A DNA stretch of 63,751 nucleotides, filler included. It is 11 parts of 11 records of this genome, joined end to end, with 100 filler letters (N's around TTAATTAATTAA, not from the genome) between each part and the next. Parts side by side here need not be neighbours in the genome. Positions count along the whole stretch, not along the records: positions 22,049 to 28,194 come from SRR7504441_14292; positions 28,295 to 36,750 come from SRR7504441_14328; positions 36,851 to 41,033 come from SRR7504441_14343; 8 more parts are not named here. One strand, written 5' to 3'. Each line of letters starts with the position of its first letter. Position 1 is the stretch's first letter. A model generated the notes under the pieces. The model made no database searches. It was given only the letters and a program-made list of their open reading frames with translations, and was not told where the DNA came from. Below are positions 25,001 to 36,882 of the stretch, piece after piece. The position numbers and the translations under genes are program-made.

Positions 25001-28000
25001 TTCCCCAGGCCTGAGCTCCCATTCTGGGGCTCTTGGAATGGACCATCGATCGAAAATTGGATGCTATTGTTTGTGTACGTCCCAGGGATAATACGCACGG
25101 AGCCTCGTGGTGAGGGGCCCGGTATAGCCTCGAGTTCAATCCTCACGTCTTCTTCATTGACCCCAAATGGGCGCAGCTCGGAGCCTCGAAGCAATAATTT
25201 GCCGCCTGCCATCATTAATGAGTACTAGTGGCGCCAGGGGAGCGACCGATGTTGAGGATTTCAGCTGCGCTTGACTGGATCTTGCCCACAAAGGGAGTCA
25301 CCACACTGGCAATTTGAACATCCATAGGACCGCTTGTGCCATATTCAACGATCCGCAGCTGGCCTGTGTCCGGATGCCAACGACTGCCATTCATCAGCCG
25401 CAGTGTAAATCCTGTAGCACTGCACCCAAATAGCGTGTATTCCGTACCAAGAGTGAGTTTAGCTCCATTGTCTGACCCGACAGAAAGTCCTCCGATGTTG
25501 ATTTGAGAGGCGTCATTGACACACGAATCTGGCAGGTGTTGTCCTGAGACAAATATCTCCGGCGCGTTGGCAGCAACTCGATGAGTGCTTGCTGTAATGA
25601 CTGCTGCTGTAACTAGTGCAACAGGAACTCGGACCCCCGAAGTCAAACCTGACAAACACCGCTCAATCGAATGCTAAAACAAACTCTCACCTCCAACAGT
25701 GATGGTGGCATAGAGCAATCCAGGACAAGTTTTCTGCAATCCTGCCAGCTTGACTTTAATCTCTGTATTTGTGTACTCTTCAGGCAAACCCAGAGGCGGT
25801 TCCCCGCAGTCAGCTTCAAACTGCACAGCCACATCAGCAAGTCCACTTCCAGCAGGCTGAAGATCCATCCCCCGAATCGCTACGCTGTTGTCTGTATTCT
25901 GGAGAATCTGCATTGCAGCTCCTGAGCTTTGATCACCCGTATTATGCAAGACCGGGCTACTGCCGCCCAACAGCATCGCTATTGGGACCTCTATCTCTCC
26001 TGTGGCCGCATACCGACGCAGCATGAGCGGCCCAGCAGCATCTCCGAATCGGTGCCCTTGCAGCATTACCACAGTGAAGCCTGTTGTGGAGCAATTTGTG
26101 ACCAGGAAGTCCTTGAACAGCTGCAGCTTGACAATCTCAATCTGATCGCTGCTCATCGGGCAGCTCATGGGAAGCCCCAGACCTGCACTAAGCTCAGTTT
26201 AAGCCGGCGGCCAATAAGTGACCTTCCACGTGCAGAGAAGTGGCATCCAAGGCCAGCCGTGTCACACTGCTCTGAATATACATTTCGGATACCACAGTGG
26301 CCACTTGAACGCGGTCTGTCTGGCGTCCGGCCACTGTGATGGCGGCCCAGAGAGGTCCTGAGGCCAGCCGTTCAGCCGGCTAGCACTAGCCCATCTCTCA
26401 CCAGGCATGCTGGACCCAAAGTCGGACAACGTGATCACCAGCCCGTCTTGCCCATAGGTCCCGTACTTGAGCTCTCCCGTGGGCGGCAAGCCGTTCCCGA
26501 AGAGCTCGATGCTCAAGTCTTCTTGGGCACATCCAATAGGCCGAAGCTGTTCGCCTCTCACAAGCAGCTCCGGGGCGCCACCGCTCACAGGTGCTTCCGA
26601 GCCCAACAGTCTGCCCTCAAACGCAGGGACCAGTGTGGCCACCTGCACCTGGCGTAGCTCGGTCGTGGCGTACTGAACCAGCATCAGAGGCCCACGTTTG
26701 CTGCCCCACGCCCGGCCCGGAAGCAGTTCCAGAGTGACCCAATCCGCTTCGCATTCGGCCACCACAAAATCCGTGTTCAGCTCGAGCTCCTTGCTCCTGG
26801 CTTGGCCACAGCAGCGCGATTCGACGGCGTCCAGCTGGTCAGACGGATGCAGCCTGCAGCAACACAGCCCTGACTGGGAGGCTGTTCTATGAGGGCAGGC
26901 CCACCTGATGTTGTCGATTGCAATGTCGCCTGCATGCCCGCCACCAACACTCGCGCTGAACCGCAGCCGGGCGGCCTGGTGGAGCCACTGCTTGAGCTGG
27001 ATGGTAGCCGTGGCCCACTTGTGAGGGCAGTGCTCGGCCTCGCACGCGAGTGTCTGGTCGCCTGTGCGGGACCAGAGCTGGCGCCACACGCCGCCCTCAG
27101 TGAGCATTTCGAGAGTGAGCGTGCCGATCTGCTCGCCCAACATGTGGTACTGGAAGCTCACCGCGCTGGTCAGGTTGTGCACTGTGAACTCGGGCGAGCT
27201 GAGCCTTGCCAACTCGCCTGCAGCTTGGTCAGCCACAGCCACTGCCGCTAACCCACCCTCGGTCCTGGGCGCTGAGGCATCAATTGCCAGGTAGAAGTCA
27301 TTCTTGTCGGCGTCCTGCTCCGGCCCAGTCGCGTGGTGCGAGAACCGCTTGTTGTGCTGCAGGTCGGTTGTTTCAGTCAGGGCCGTCGCATGATTCCGGT
27401 GCGTGACTGTCCAGTCAAACTGGTCATCCTCGCTCTGCTCCCAGCCGCACAGTTGCGACCCGTCATACCTGCCCCCAGCTCGCCCAGCCCCGACCGGTCC
27501 GGCCGCCTGCTCCGGAAGTCGCAGGAGAGACTTTGCAGCGCTGGGATTGATCCGTCTTGCTCGGGTCCTGCAGCACGCATCACTCGCCCGGCTGTTGGCG
27601 CCGCACCTCGCAGCCGCAGGGAGGGGTGGATGCTCCGGACCGGGCGAGTCCCGCTGAGCACCACCTCGCACCCGGGGCCTCCTGCTGAGACCGCAAGCCT
27701 GAGCTTCTGCGCGTTGAAAGCAAGATTGGCCACAGACGGATAAACCGTCGGGCTCACGATCGTGCCCACCACCACCGGCTTGTTCGCGTGCCGGTCATAA
27801 GCGGCTCCCCCGCCGGTGGAGAGCGCCGCTGGCGTGTCTCCGGAGTCGGAAGAGTCGGCCTCGGGCCATTCTTGCTCCTGGAGACAAGCCGGCTCAGAAC
27901 TGGAGCCCGGGGCAAGCGGCTACCTTCACGGCCGGGGCGCCGGCCACCGTCAGCACGACTCGGAGCATCCCCGGGGCCTGGCCCAAGATTCAGGCCGGCC

Positions 28001-28153
28001 GGGCTCGGATTGGTAACCGCGCAATCTAGCCGGTCTAGCTCGGCCACGATCGTGGTGCTGTTGAGCCGAACCGCCTTGCCGTGCACCGCGCACCCGGCCG
28101 CCGGGGCCTCGAACTCGAGCTGGACGTCCTTGGGCTCCACGCCCACCGGCTGC
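22049..28153 (-). CDS. Large extracellular/cell-surface protein: MAM domain, IPT/TIG-like repeats, cupredoxin-like segment, F5/8 type C (discoidin) domain; both ends truncated
   Basis: MAM: CGWEQSEDDQFDWT...ARLSSP...SFQYHMLGEQIGTL...GDIAIDNI. Discoidin: AWCS...QWLQFDL...VETQGR...WVTSY...ARFVRLIPTGWHNFIAMR. Repeats of type xNAxE(I/L)x(I/V)xGxNL. Short introns join the ORFs. Confidence 0.75.
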
Positions 28154-28407
28154 CCGACCCTTAGCCCGGGACCGGGGGGGGGGGGGGGGGGGAGNNNNNN
28201 NNNNNNNNNNNNNNNNNNNNNNNNNNNNNNNNNNNNNNTTAATTAATTAANNNNNNNNNNNNNNNNNNNNNNNNNNNNNNNNNNNNNNNNNNNNGTCGGG
28301 GCCCTAAGGCTCACATAACCTATATTCAAGATTTCATAATTTAATGGTCTAATTTAATAATAATTTAATAATACTAATCTTGAACCCTCCATACGAGCAT
28401 GTAATGA

Positions 28408-31400
28408 TCAGTTATGCGCTGTGTACACCGGCCCGTACGCTGACTCCGTCGCGCCGGCTGTCGGAAGAGGGTTGGGCTCGTCCTGGGCCTCTGCCTTAGC
28501 CTCTGCCTGGGCTGCTCGTTCTTGACTGAAGAACGGTTTGGTGGGCGAAATCTGAGATGATCGTGGCGAGCGTGGCGATCGGGCCGATGTCGGGGATAGC
28601 AGCTCCTCATTGTCTGCTTTTGTGAGGTCACGGACCTGCTTCATCAGCGGGTAGTCCACAGTGGAGATCGAGCAGTTGTTGAAGAAGAGCAGCGACTGTA
28701 TCGCCGCCTCCACTTGCTGCTTGCTGCCTGACCCAAGCGCCGCCTGCAACGCCGCCTTGCCGGCCGTGTCGTCGATAAAGTAATCTCCCTCCACATCACT
28801 CCGAATCGGCTCCTTGCCCGCTTCACTCTCCACAAGGTACGTGCGGCAGCACATGAATATAAACCCGCAAGTCTGCTCTTTGATTGTGCCTTTCCGGGCA
28901 TAAGGTGCCTCCGTGTCGCAGACGTCCTTCCCGAGCAGGTCGCCGTTGGCTATCAACGCCCCGACGTACTTTGCCATCGCAGCCAGGATCTTCTTCTCCT
29001 GATCTTTGGAGATCTGGTACTGCTCTTGCAGCGAGGACTTCTTCCCCAGGTTGAGCCGCCATTCTCCCGCCTCGTTACCTTGCAGACGCTCCGTGTGCTT
29101 CACCCAGTGCTGATGCTCGCTAAGCACCAGCGCCGTCTTGAGCCCGTCCAGCGCCTTGACGTACTTGCGCATCCTTGTTTTGATCTCCTTGACCCTCTCA
29201 TCAAGGAACTGGATCTTGAGCAGCAGATCTCGCCGCCACTTCGCCTCGTTGATCTGCGGCTGAAAGTCCTTACGATTGGCCTTGTACGCATTGGCACCAG
29301 CAATCGCCTGCTCACACGCTTCTATACAGTCCGACTCATCCAGTGCTCGCATCGCCACCAGATGCTCCAGCCGCACCTCCACCACACACGCCAGCGCCTC
29401 CACCTCCGAGTCCTCGGCCCGCATGGCCAGCACAGCCTCGAGTGCCAGCTCGCAAGCCTTCTCGCTCTGCGCGTTTGTGAGATTCTCCATCGCAATCAAT
29501 TTGTCCCTCAACCTGATTGCCACCTCCAGCTCCGTTCCGATCCCCTCCAGCCCCAGGTTTAGCTTGGAGATCTCCGCATCGTTCACCGCCTCCACCAGCC
29601 CACCCAGCTGCCCGGCCGCCACAGCATCTGTCAGCTCCTTCTTGTGTGCCGCCACCAGTCGCTCCTCCGCCTGCTTCTGCGGCTCCTCGAACCCGACGAT
29701 GTCGTTCTTGGCACTTGCGTGCGCCTCACCAATCGTCTCCTGCAGCTCGTGGACAGTCTGAGCTTTCTCAAGCTGTTCGCAGTGCATCTTGCCAAGCTTG
29801 GCGTGCCCTGCATCCGACTCGGCTTCTAGACCGGGCGTGGCTCTGGCCTTGATCAGGCACTCTCTCATGGCCGCCACCTGCTCCTCCTGCAACAACTGCT
29901 CTGCCAGCTCCTTTCGTATCTCGTACCGCGCCATCGCGTCATCCACCGCCACACCCAGCCCGCTCCGTCCGTCCTTGGTGGGAGGAACCTCCTTGAGCAC
30001 AGGCTGCCCGTCCTTGACCGCCTCGTTCGCCAGCTTGTGCGCCGCTTCCGGCAGCGGCTCGTGATTCTCGCACACCTCCGGCAGCTGCTTGGCCTCCTCG
30101 AGCGCTTCTTCGAGCGCCACGATCATCATGGCTGCCTCCAGCTTGGCCTTCGCCGTCTCCTGCTGCTCCCGCCGGGTCTCACAGTCGGCGACCGCCTGCT
30201 GGAACTCAGCGTTCTTGATGTCGAGCGCAACTGACACTCGCATCGCCATGTCCAAGACCGTGCTGCACCCCTCGATTGTCTGGCAGCTTCCAAGCGCCTC
30301 GAGAGCCAGCAACCCGCACAGCCGCTGCCTGGCCTGGATCGCCTCTGTCTTGAGCGCGCCCTCCGGATCGAACCCGAGGTCGAGCGTAGTGTTGGCGTTT
30401 CTGAGTGCAGTCTCGAGCTCTGGAATGGCGTTGGCTGTCTTGAGTTCTTCTTGCTGCATCTGGAGGAGCGACCCTCGCGACGCCTTGGACTCGGCCTCGA
30501 GCCCTTCCAGCTTGCTCGCATGCACCAGCGCCTGAGTGAGCGCTGGGATGTTCCCGGCTTCCTTGTGCTGTCCGAGTTGCTCGCAGACCGTCTTCCGCTC
30601 CGCCAGCCGGCCTTGAGCAGCGTCGATTGCTATCACCATCTGCGGACTCTTCTGCTGAGGGTTGGCTGCGATCGCGCAGTTGCTGCACGCAAGTGCAGCC
30701 TCGAGTGCGGCGATCGTCCGCGCGGCCTCTAAATCTTGCTTGATCTTGTTCAAGCTGGTGTGCCGCCCGTGCGCCTCCTGATAGAACCCTTCCTCCTCCA
30801 ACCGCTTGTGCTTAGCCACACTCTCCCTGAGCGCTGGTTCCAGATCCTCGAGCGAGTGCGCGCCTGCCAGCTTACCAGCCGCCTTCTGCCGCTTCTTTAG
30901 CCGCTTCTCTGCTTCTTCGTACCGATCTGCCACCTTGCCAGTCTCCAGGCTGAGGCCTGTGTCCGTTGACAGCTGCTCGGCGCGAGCTTTTGCAGCTTCG
31001 ATCTCGGCTACGGTGACTGCGTCGTGCAAGGTGTCATGGCAGGCAGTCCACTGTACCAGAAGCTCTTTCTGTCTGGCGACCTCCTCAGTGTATTCCATAG
31101 AGGCATTGAGGTTTTCGGCTTTTGCGATGGCTTTTTCGAGTTGTTCGATTGTTGAGACGTCCAACCCGTCCAGCCTCTTGATCTTTTTCTTCTTGTCTTT
31201 GGCTTCACTCACCACTTGATCAAGCACGCCTGGTTGGAGCACTCGCTTGGACTTGTCGGCTCTCTTAATCACCTGTTCAAGCGTATCCACTTGCTGCTTG
31301 CGCTGCTCGGGCGACATGGCCTTGACCTCAACTGTGCTCGAAGACACCGTCCCGAGCTCTTGCCTATGCAGCTGCTCCAGCTTCTTCTGAGCTTCAGGGA

Positions 31401-33629
31401 ACTCTTTCTCTTCGTTCAGCCTATGAGAGTCCTTCCCAGGGCTCGCCACGTCCACATCTAGTGCGTCCACCAGCATCTCCACGTTCACTGCCGAGTGCAG
31501 CTTGCTGATCTTCTTCTCCCTGCCCTTGAGCCTGTCCCACGCCTGGTTGAACGCGTCACCCATCTTGCCCTCGCGCTGCTTGTCCTTGCTTGCCTCGATT
31601 GCGGCCCTGAGCTCCGTGATTGTTGCTGCAGCCTCCAGCCCGGCCACAAGCTTCTCCAGTTCGACCCTGCGGGCCTGAAGCGTTGACTGCTCCTGTGAGG
31701 CCTCGTGCAGCTCTCGCTTGTCAATATACTCAAGCGCCTCCTCACACAGCTCGATTGTCGCTGCCGCCGCCACCAACTCCTTGGCGTGCAGCAGCTGCAG
31801 CTGACGCTTGGCTGTGTCGTAAGAGGTTCGCATCTTCCCGCTTTTATCGCCGCTCACTGGCTGGTCACTCGAATCAGCCGCCTCCAACGCCGAGTCCAGA
31901 TCGGCTCTAGTCTTGGCCGTGGCGAGCCGCTGCTGCAGCGCCTCGAGCTGCTTGAGCTTGGATTCGGCCGAAGTCTTGACTTTCCGGTTGCTCTTCTCGT
32001 TCAGGATCGCTTCACCGAGTTTATTGACTTGTTCAAGCCCTGCTGTAAGCTCCTCGATGGTCTCAGCGCTGGTGAGCAGCTTAAACCTACCAGCAGCGGT
32101 CAGGACCCCCGACTGGCCCTGCAGCCCACCCGTCCTGAAGCCCGCCCTTGGCCTGCTTGGCGTGCTCGTAAGCTCGTCGGAACTGCCCGTCCTTGTCGTT
32201 GCTCGCTGGCCAGTTCTTCTTATCGGCCTTGCCCATCGCCTGCAGTTGAGGTCAGCCGCAACCAGCACCGAGCTCTGGATGCCTGGAGCATCCCGTCTGG
32301 GTTGGTGTCATCCTGCAGCTGTGTGCACAGCTCCGACATGGCCGTGTGCGTGCTGTTAGCCTGCGCCGCGCCGGTCGGACCGCTGCGAATGCAGCTGCTA
32401 CCTTCTTCTGGAGCGGCTCAACCTTCTTGCCGTTGAACTTGCTCAGCTCCGTGATCATTGCGCTCAACCTGCGCCCGGCTCGCGCCCGGGGCCGACCACC
32501 CGACCTACTTCTCAATGGACTGCGGCTTGTCCAGCTCGACCTCGACCTTCTTTATCCTCTGGATCAAGTCTTTGGCCTGGATCACGTGGTCAGCACCCCC
32601 CCCCGCGCACCCCGGCCACCTTCTCGTGCGCCTTGCTCAGCTTGCCTCGGCCGGTCGGAGGGCTTTTATCGACCTCATCGCCTGCCGGCGCTTCTCAGCC
32701 ACAATCGGCTCGCTCGGGCGCACAGGCAGCCACAATCGCATCATAGTCGCCCTTGGAGGCCTCCAGTGTGGCGCACAGCGCGTTCAGTTTGTCCAGCCGC
32801 TCCGAGAGCGCAGACTGCAGCTGAACCACCTGAAGCAAAGAGCTCGGAGCACACCCTTCTAGGCGAGATCTTGGCGCTGGGACGCACCTCACTGCCGGTG
32901 AACTGCCCGAGCTCGTGTTTCACCTGCCGATCCGGTCAGTGCTGCCCGGTTGGCACTGCAGCCACCTCCTCCAGCCGCTCTATACTCGCCAGGGCGCCGT
33001 CGCCCTCGACCTGCCTCACGTGAGCCCCTGCCTCCACCCGCCCGACCTCCGACGCCAAGCCATCCAGCTGCTCCCTCGCCCGCTTCGCCTCCTGCGCACC
33101 CCCGTCAGCCCCGGCCAGCCCCGGCCAGGCCACCTGCAACGCCGTATACACCCGTCCCCTGTCGCTCTCCGCCGGCAAGCCCTCCGCCGCGCACTTGTCC
33201 ATAGCGGCGCCGAACTTATCGGCGTCCTGCAGGCCCGTTGGGATTCCGGGCACACCGGCCGTTACCTTGGTGTCCAGGTCCTCGCACAGCCGCTCCCACT
33301 CGCCCTCGCGCGCCTTGGAGCTGACCCGCCGGCTGAGCCCGCCGCCGCGCCCGCCGCGCACCTTTCAAATTTGGCCTTGAAGCTGTCGATGTTGTCCTTG
33401 ACGTCGGCCTCCACTGGATGGTCCAGAATCACCTGCCGTTGGCGGTCAGCTCACAGTTGCGCCGAGCCGGTCGCCTCCATGTCCACCAGGACGTCTTTCA
33501 GCTTCTCCAGGCCGACCGGGCCCTCCACTTCCGAAAGCAGCTGCTCTAGCTTGGCGTACTCCTCTGATCGATCTGCCCGGTGGCTCGCGCCCGCCCGCCC
33601 GCCGCCGGCCCACCCGCCGATTCCGCCAT
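28408..33629 (-). CDS. Very large alpha-helical repeat/coiled-coil protein
   Basis: 1286-aa stop-free final segment with recurring AxTIxxLExAL units. Upstream small exons are linked by short introns; likely start ATG 33629 (MAESA|DRSEEYAKLEQLL, 41-nt intron). Confidence 0.65.
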
Positions 33630-33781
33630 CGCAGGCCTCGCGGCTGCTGTGCTGCTGTGCTACGAGCGCTTCGAACGAACGCGCAAAACGCTCCAGAGCA
33701 ACGGACAAACGGCCGCAGCACCGGCCAACTGGGCGCGTTTCCTGTCTGCCTCCGGTCGGGGTGAAAGAGTCGACGGGCATC

Positions 33782-33967
33782 GGCGATACTGAGGTCAGTA
33801 TCGATACTGACGATACTGACGATGCTGAGTGTCGATAGTAACTGACGATACTGACGATACCGAGGTATCGATATTTACAGATTACTGACGATACTAAGTA
33901 TCGATACATTACTGAAGTATCGGACCAGACATGGCGTACAAAATACTGACGATACTGAAGTATCGCC
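33782..33967. repeat. Palindrome-rich repeat with 9-bp terminal inverted repeats; possible non-autonomous DNA-transposon relic
   Basis: Begins GGCGATACT and ends AGTATCGCC. Internal ACTGACGAT units recur, with four GATAC(T/C)-nn-(A/G)GTATC palindromic cores. Confidence 0.6.
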
Positions 33968-34051
33968 ACTCCTCTGAGTCTATCCGGCGACTCTATCGAA
34001 TACGAGTAACATTTGGTTCATGAAGGATTATCTCTCAAGCAAAAAAAAGGG

Positions 34052-34819
34052 TTAGAAATCGTGATCTATGCGGTGTGGAGAGGCGTCGGTGCGCGTATGA
34101 ACATTGCTGGCCTGCCTACTCGCCCGCAGCAGCTCCACGGTAATCCGATGAGAGTGCCTCTCCGCCGCCTGCAGCGGTGTCTGACCCGTGACGTTTGCCT
34201 TCTCCCGGTCCGCCCCCGCCGCTAGCAACACCCGCACCACATCTTGGTGGCCGTGCCGGGCCGCCTGCCACAGCGCTGTGCTCCCGTCGTGGCTCGGCCG
34301 GTCCACTTCAGCTCTACCCGAGAGCAGCGCCGCCACCACGTCCTTGTGGCCCTTGAGGGAGGCCTTACGCAACGGGGTCACCCCATTCACGTCGAGCAGA
34401 TTCACGTCGGCCCCTCCATCCACCAACGCCCTTACCGCCCCCAGGTGCCCCTCCAGGGCCGCCATCGCCACCGGGGTTCTGCCGGCCTGATCGACACCGT
34501 CTGGATCGGCCTTGGCCGCCAACAGCATCAGAACCGCCGCCTTCTGGCCCTTGAAACTGGCCCACCAGAGTAAACTCCGGCCCAACTGGTCCCGCCGCCC
34601 GAGCTGATCAGGCGGGAACCCAGCAAGCCGGGCGCAGTCGCCCGCGGCGGCCGCTTTGAACGGGCTGTCGCGGGTGCGACGGCGGCGGGTCCGGCGGGTC
34701 CGGCGGACCCGGTCAAGGTCGCGGTCAAGGTCGCGCTGCAGGCTGTGGGAGCTGGGCCGCTGCCCGGAGCGCTGGAGCCTGGGCCGCTCCTGTTCGGGGC
34801 CCGAGCTACATGTCCCCAT
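34052..34819 (-). CDS. Ankyrin-repeat protein with predicted N-terminal acylation (MGTCSS)
   Basis: Five ankyrin repeats (GRSLLWWAS, GRTPVAMAALEGHLGAVRALVDGGADVN, GVTPLRKAS, GSTALWQAA, GQTPLQAA). Confidence 0.88.
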   Translation of the reverse strand: MGTCSSGPEQERPRLQRSGQRPSSHSLQRDLDRDLDRVRRTRRTRRRRTRDSPFKAAAAGDCARLAGFPPDQLGRRDQLGRSLLWWASFKGQKAAVLMLLAAKADPDGVDQAGRTPVAMAALEGHLGAVRALVDGGADVNLLDVNGVTPLRKASLKGHKDVVAALLSGRAEVDRPSHDGSTALWQAARHGHQDVVRVLLAAGADREKANVTGQTPLQAAERHSHRITVELLRASRQASNVHTRTDASPHRIDHDF

Positions 34820-34925
34820 CGGGTCCCCCGTGCGTCACACCGGCGGCTTTTTAATTAATTGAATTGCCGTTGTAGTCTAACGGATTCCCACCGGAACCTC
34901 TCGGGTCATCAAGAGCCGATCACAC

Positions 34926-35916
34926 ATGCCGCTCTCCGGCCAAGCCACCCAATGCGCCCGTTTCCCCGGAAAGCCGGGAGTAAGTGCCGAGCGGCCGGCC
35001 GTGCGCTCACGGCCCGGTGCCCGCAGGCCATCATCACCGACATCGAAGGCGTGCTGATGGACGCCTCCAACCTCGTCACTCCAACCGCCATACAAGAGCT
35101 CTTCAGCCGCCGCGGGGTGGCCATCTCGCTCGAGGAGGCCAGCTGCTGCCCGACCGACGCTGCGCACGACGCGCACCAGACTCAGCTCCGTAACTGGCTC
35201 GGGCTCGTGGTCAAGAAGACCGGGGCGACGTGGGAGGCGGCGAAGGGGCAGGCGCCCACCGAGTGGGATCTGGAGGCCATGTTCAAGGAAATGCCGCAGG
35301 CGATCGCCGACCAGATGAAGATCGCCCCGGCCCACCCGGAGGCGGTTCAGGTTGTTGCGGGGCTGGTCGCGCAAGGCATCAAGGTCGGGGCGACAGTTGA
35401 ATTCGACGAGACGGTGCGAGCTAACGGTAACGGACGGTGTGACCGCTGTGCGCAGGAGACCGGCGGGTGGGTCAAGCACGCGACTGCCGAGGGAATACAC
35501 ATTGACAACAGCGTGAGCGCCGCGAGTGCCTCGGTCGGGGACCAGCGCGGGGCACCCCCTCTGCCGTGGAGAGCCATCACCCTTGCTGCCAACCTCGGGC
35601 AGTACCCTATGAGCGGATGCATTCGGGTGCCAGCGCCAGGGACTGGGCGGGTGCCAGGAGTTTTATTTATAGGTGACTAGCCGGTGCTGGGGAGTGGAGG
35701 AGGGTGTGAATGCCGGGATGTGGACGGTCGGAGTCTCGAACGCTGTCACATCGTTCTCAGGAGCTCACTACGTGATCGAGTCGATCAGGTGACTGGCTAG
35801 TGATGCGGCTGTAGCTGATCAGCGTTGTCTGTCTGATGTTGTGGGATGGTCGCAGTGATTTGCCTGAAGTGGTGCAAGAAATATCGCTCCGGATGAGGAT
35901 GGGCGATAAGCCATGA
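34926..35916 (+). CDS. Phosphonoacetaldehyde hydrolase (PhnX, HAD family)-like protein with degenerate active site
   Basis: Spliced (4 introns, first 34980-35026): AIITDIEGVLMD, LFSRRGVAISLEEA, WEAAKGQAPTEWDLEAMF, GIKVGAT, LGQYPMSGCIRV, EEGVNAGMWTVGV, GAHYVIESISDLPEVVQEISLRMRMGDKP*. Collinear with the PhnX consensus. Confidence 0.75.
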
Positions 35917-36157
35917 TCATTGATCACGCCGGCGTCCAATTCTTAAAAGCACACAGCAGTATTAACACAGCCGGGATACACGTGTCCATGCACCGGAGAT
36001 ACCCGCTGGCTAAGAGCTCTGCATGTCTTTGATCAAAATTTGCTGCTTTTACTACTGCGTAAGCTTAGTATAAATTATTGTTGTGGCATGCAGTGTTGTG
36101 GATTGAGTACATGAGATCTTCAGTAACCTCTACAGGTCTGGGTCTCTAATTTTCGAG

Positions 36158-36750
36158 TTATAATGAATAATTGTTATCACTCATACTCGTAGATTCTATA
36201 CGCATGGAATCTTCGAGAACGCTCTTCACGAACAAATAATCGTCGTGAGAATGGACTTCCCTTCCAGTCTCCTCAACTTGTAGAGTTTGGATATCATAGT
36301 TATCCTCTAAGATCTTCAAAAATGCGAGCACTTGATGGAGGTGCAAAGGGGTGGGTCTTGGTTGCAGGAAGTCCGTTGGGAATCCCTTTCGAAAAGCCCA
36401 CAGGTTTGGCGCAACAAGATGCTCCGACAATCTGCAGTCGCTGTGTCTAGACATATGCAATAGCTGCCCATTGAGCCTCACCGCTAGCTTCATCATGTTT
36501 TGGTCCCCGTCACGAAACGTCCGTCTTAGGGTAGCCGCCACAACAGAGCTTTCCGCTGGGATCTCTCGAATGGCTCTGATGACTTGGGCAATATGAGTGC
36601 GCTTAGTCAGCGGGGCGGTGTGTGGCACGTAGATGAACACTTCACAAGTCCGGGGCATCCTCATGAACGCGTCAGCGAGCCGGTCCAGCAAGCTGGTTTG
36701 GCTGGCACTGAGCTTGATCACATCCGGAGTAAACCCTGCCACTGCCTCTA
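36158..36750 (-). CDS. KdsB/CMP-KDO-synthetase (cytidylyltransferase)-like protein, divergent, 5'-truncated
   Basis: SLLDRLADA, AATL, NMMKLAVRLNGQLLHMSR, NLWAFRKGF, PTPLHLHQVLAFLKILEDNYDI and EVHSHDDY align by eye to KdsB SGTDRLAE, ATL, NAVKVV...ALYFSR, GIYGYR, PSPLEHIEMLEQLRVL and VDTPEDL. Confidence 0.6.
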
Positions 36751-36882
36751 NNNNNNNNNNNNNNNNNNNNNNNNNNNNNNNNNNNNNNNNNNNNTTAATT
36801 AATTAANNNNNNNNNNNNNNNNNNNNNNNNNNNNNNNNNNNNNNNNNNNNCCCCCCCCCCCCCCTCCAAGCCTCACCCATAG

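Noticed and set aside
33782-33967. CRISPR-like array
   Set aside because: Units are 9-18 bp, irregular, without unique constant-length spacers; no cas genes; eukaryotic context.
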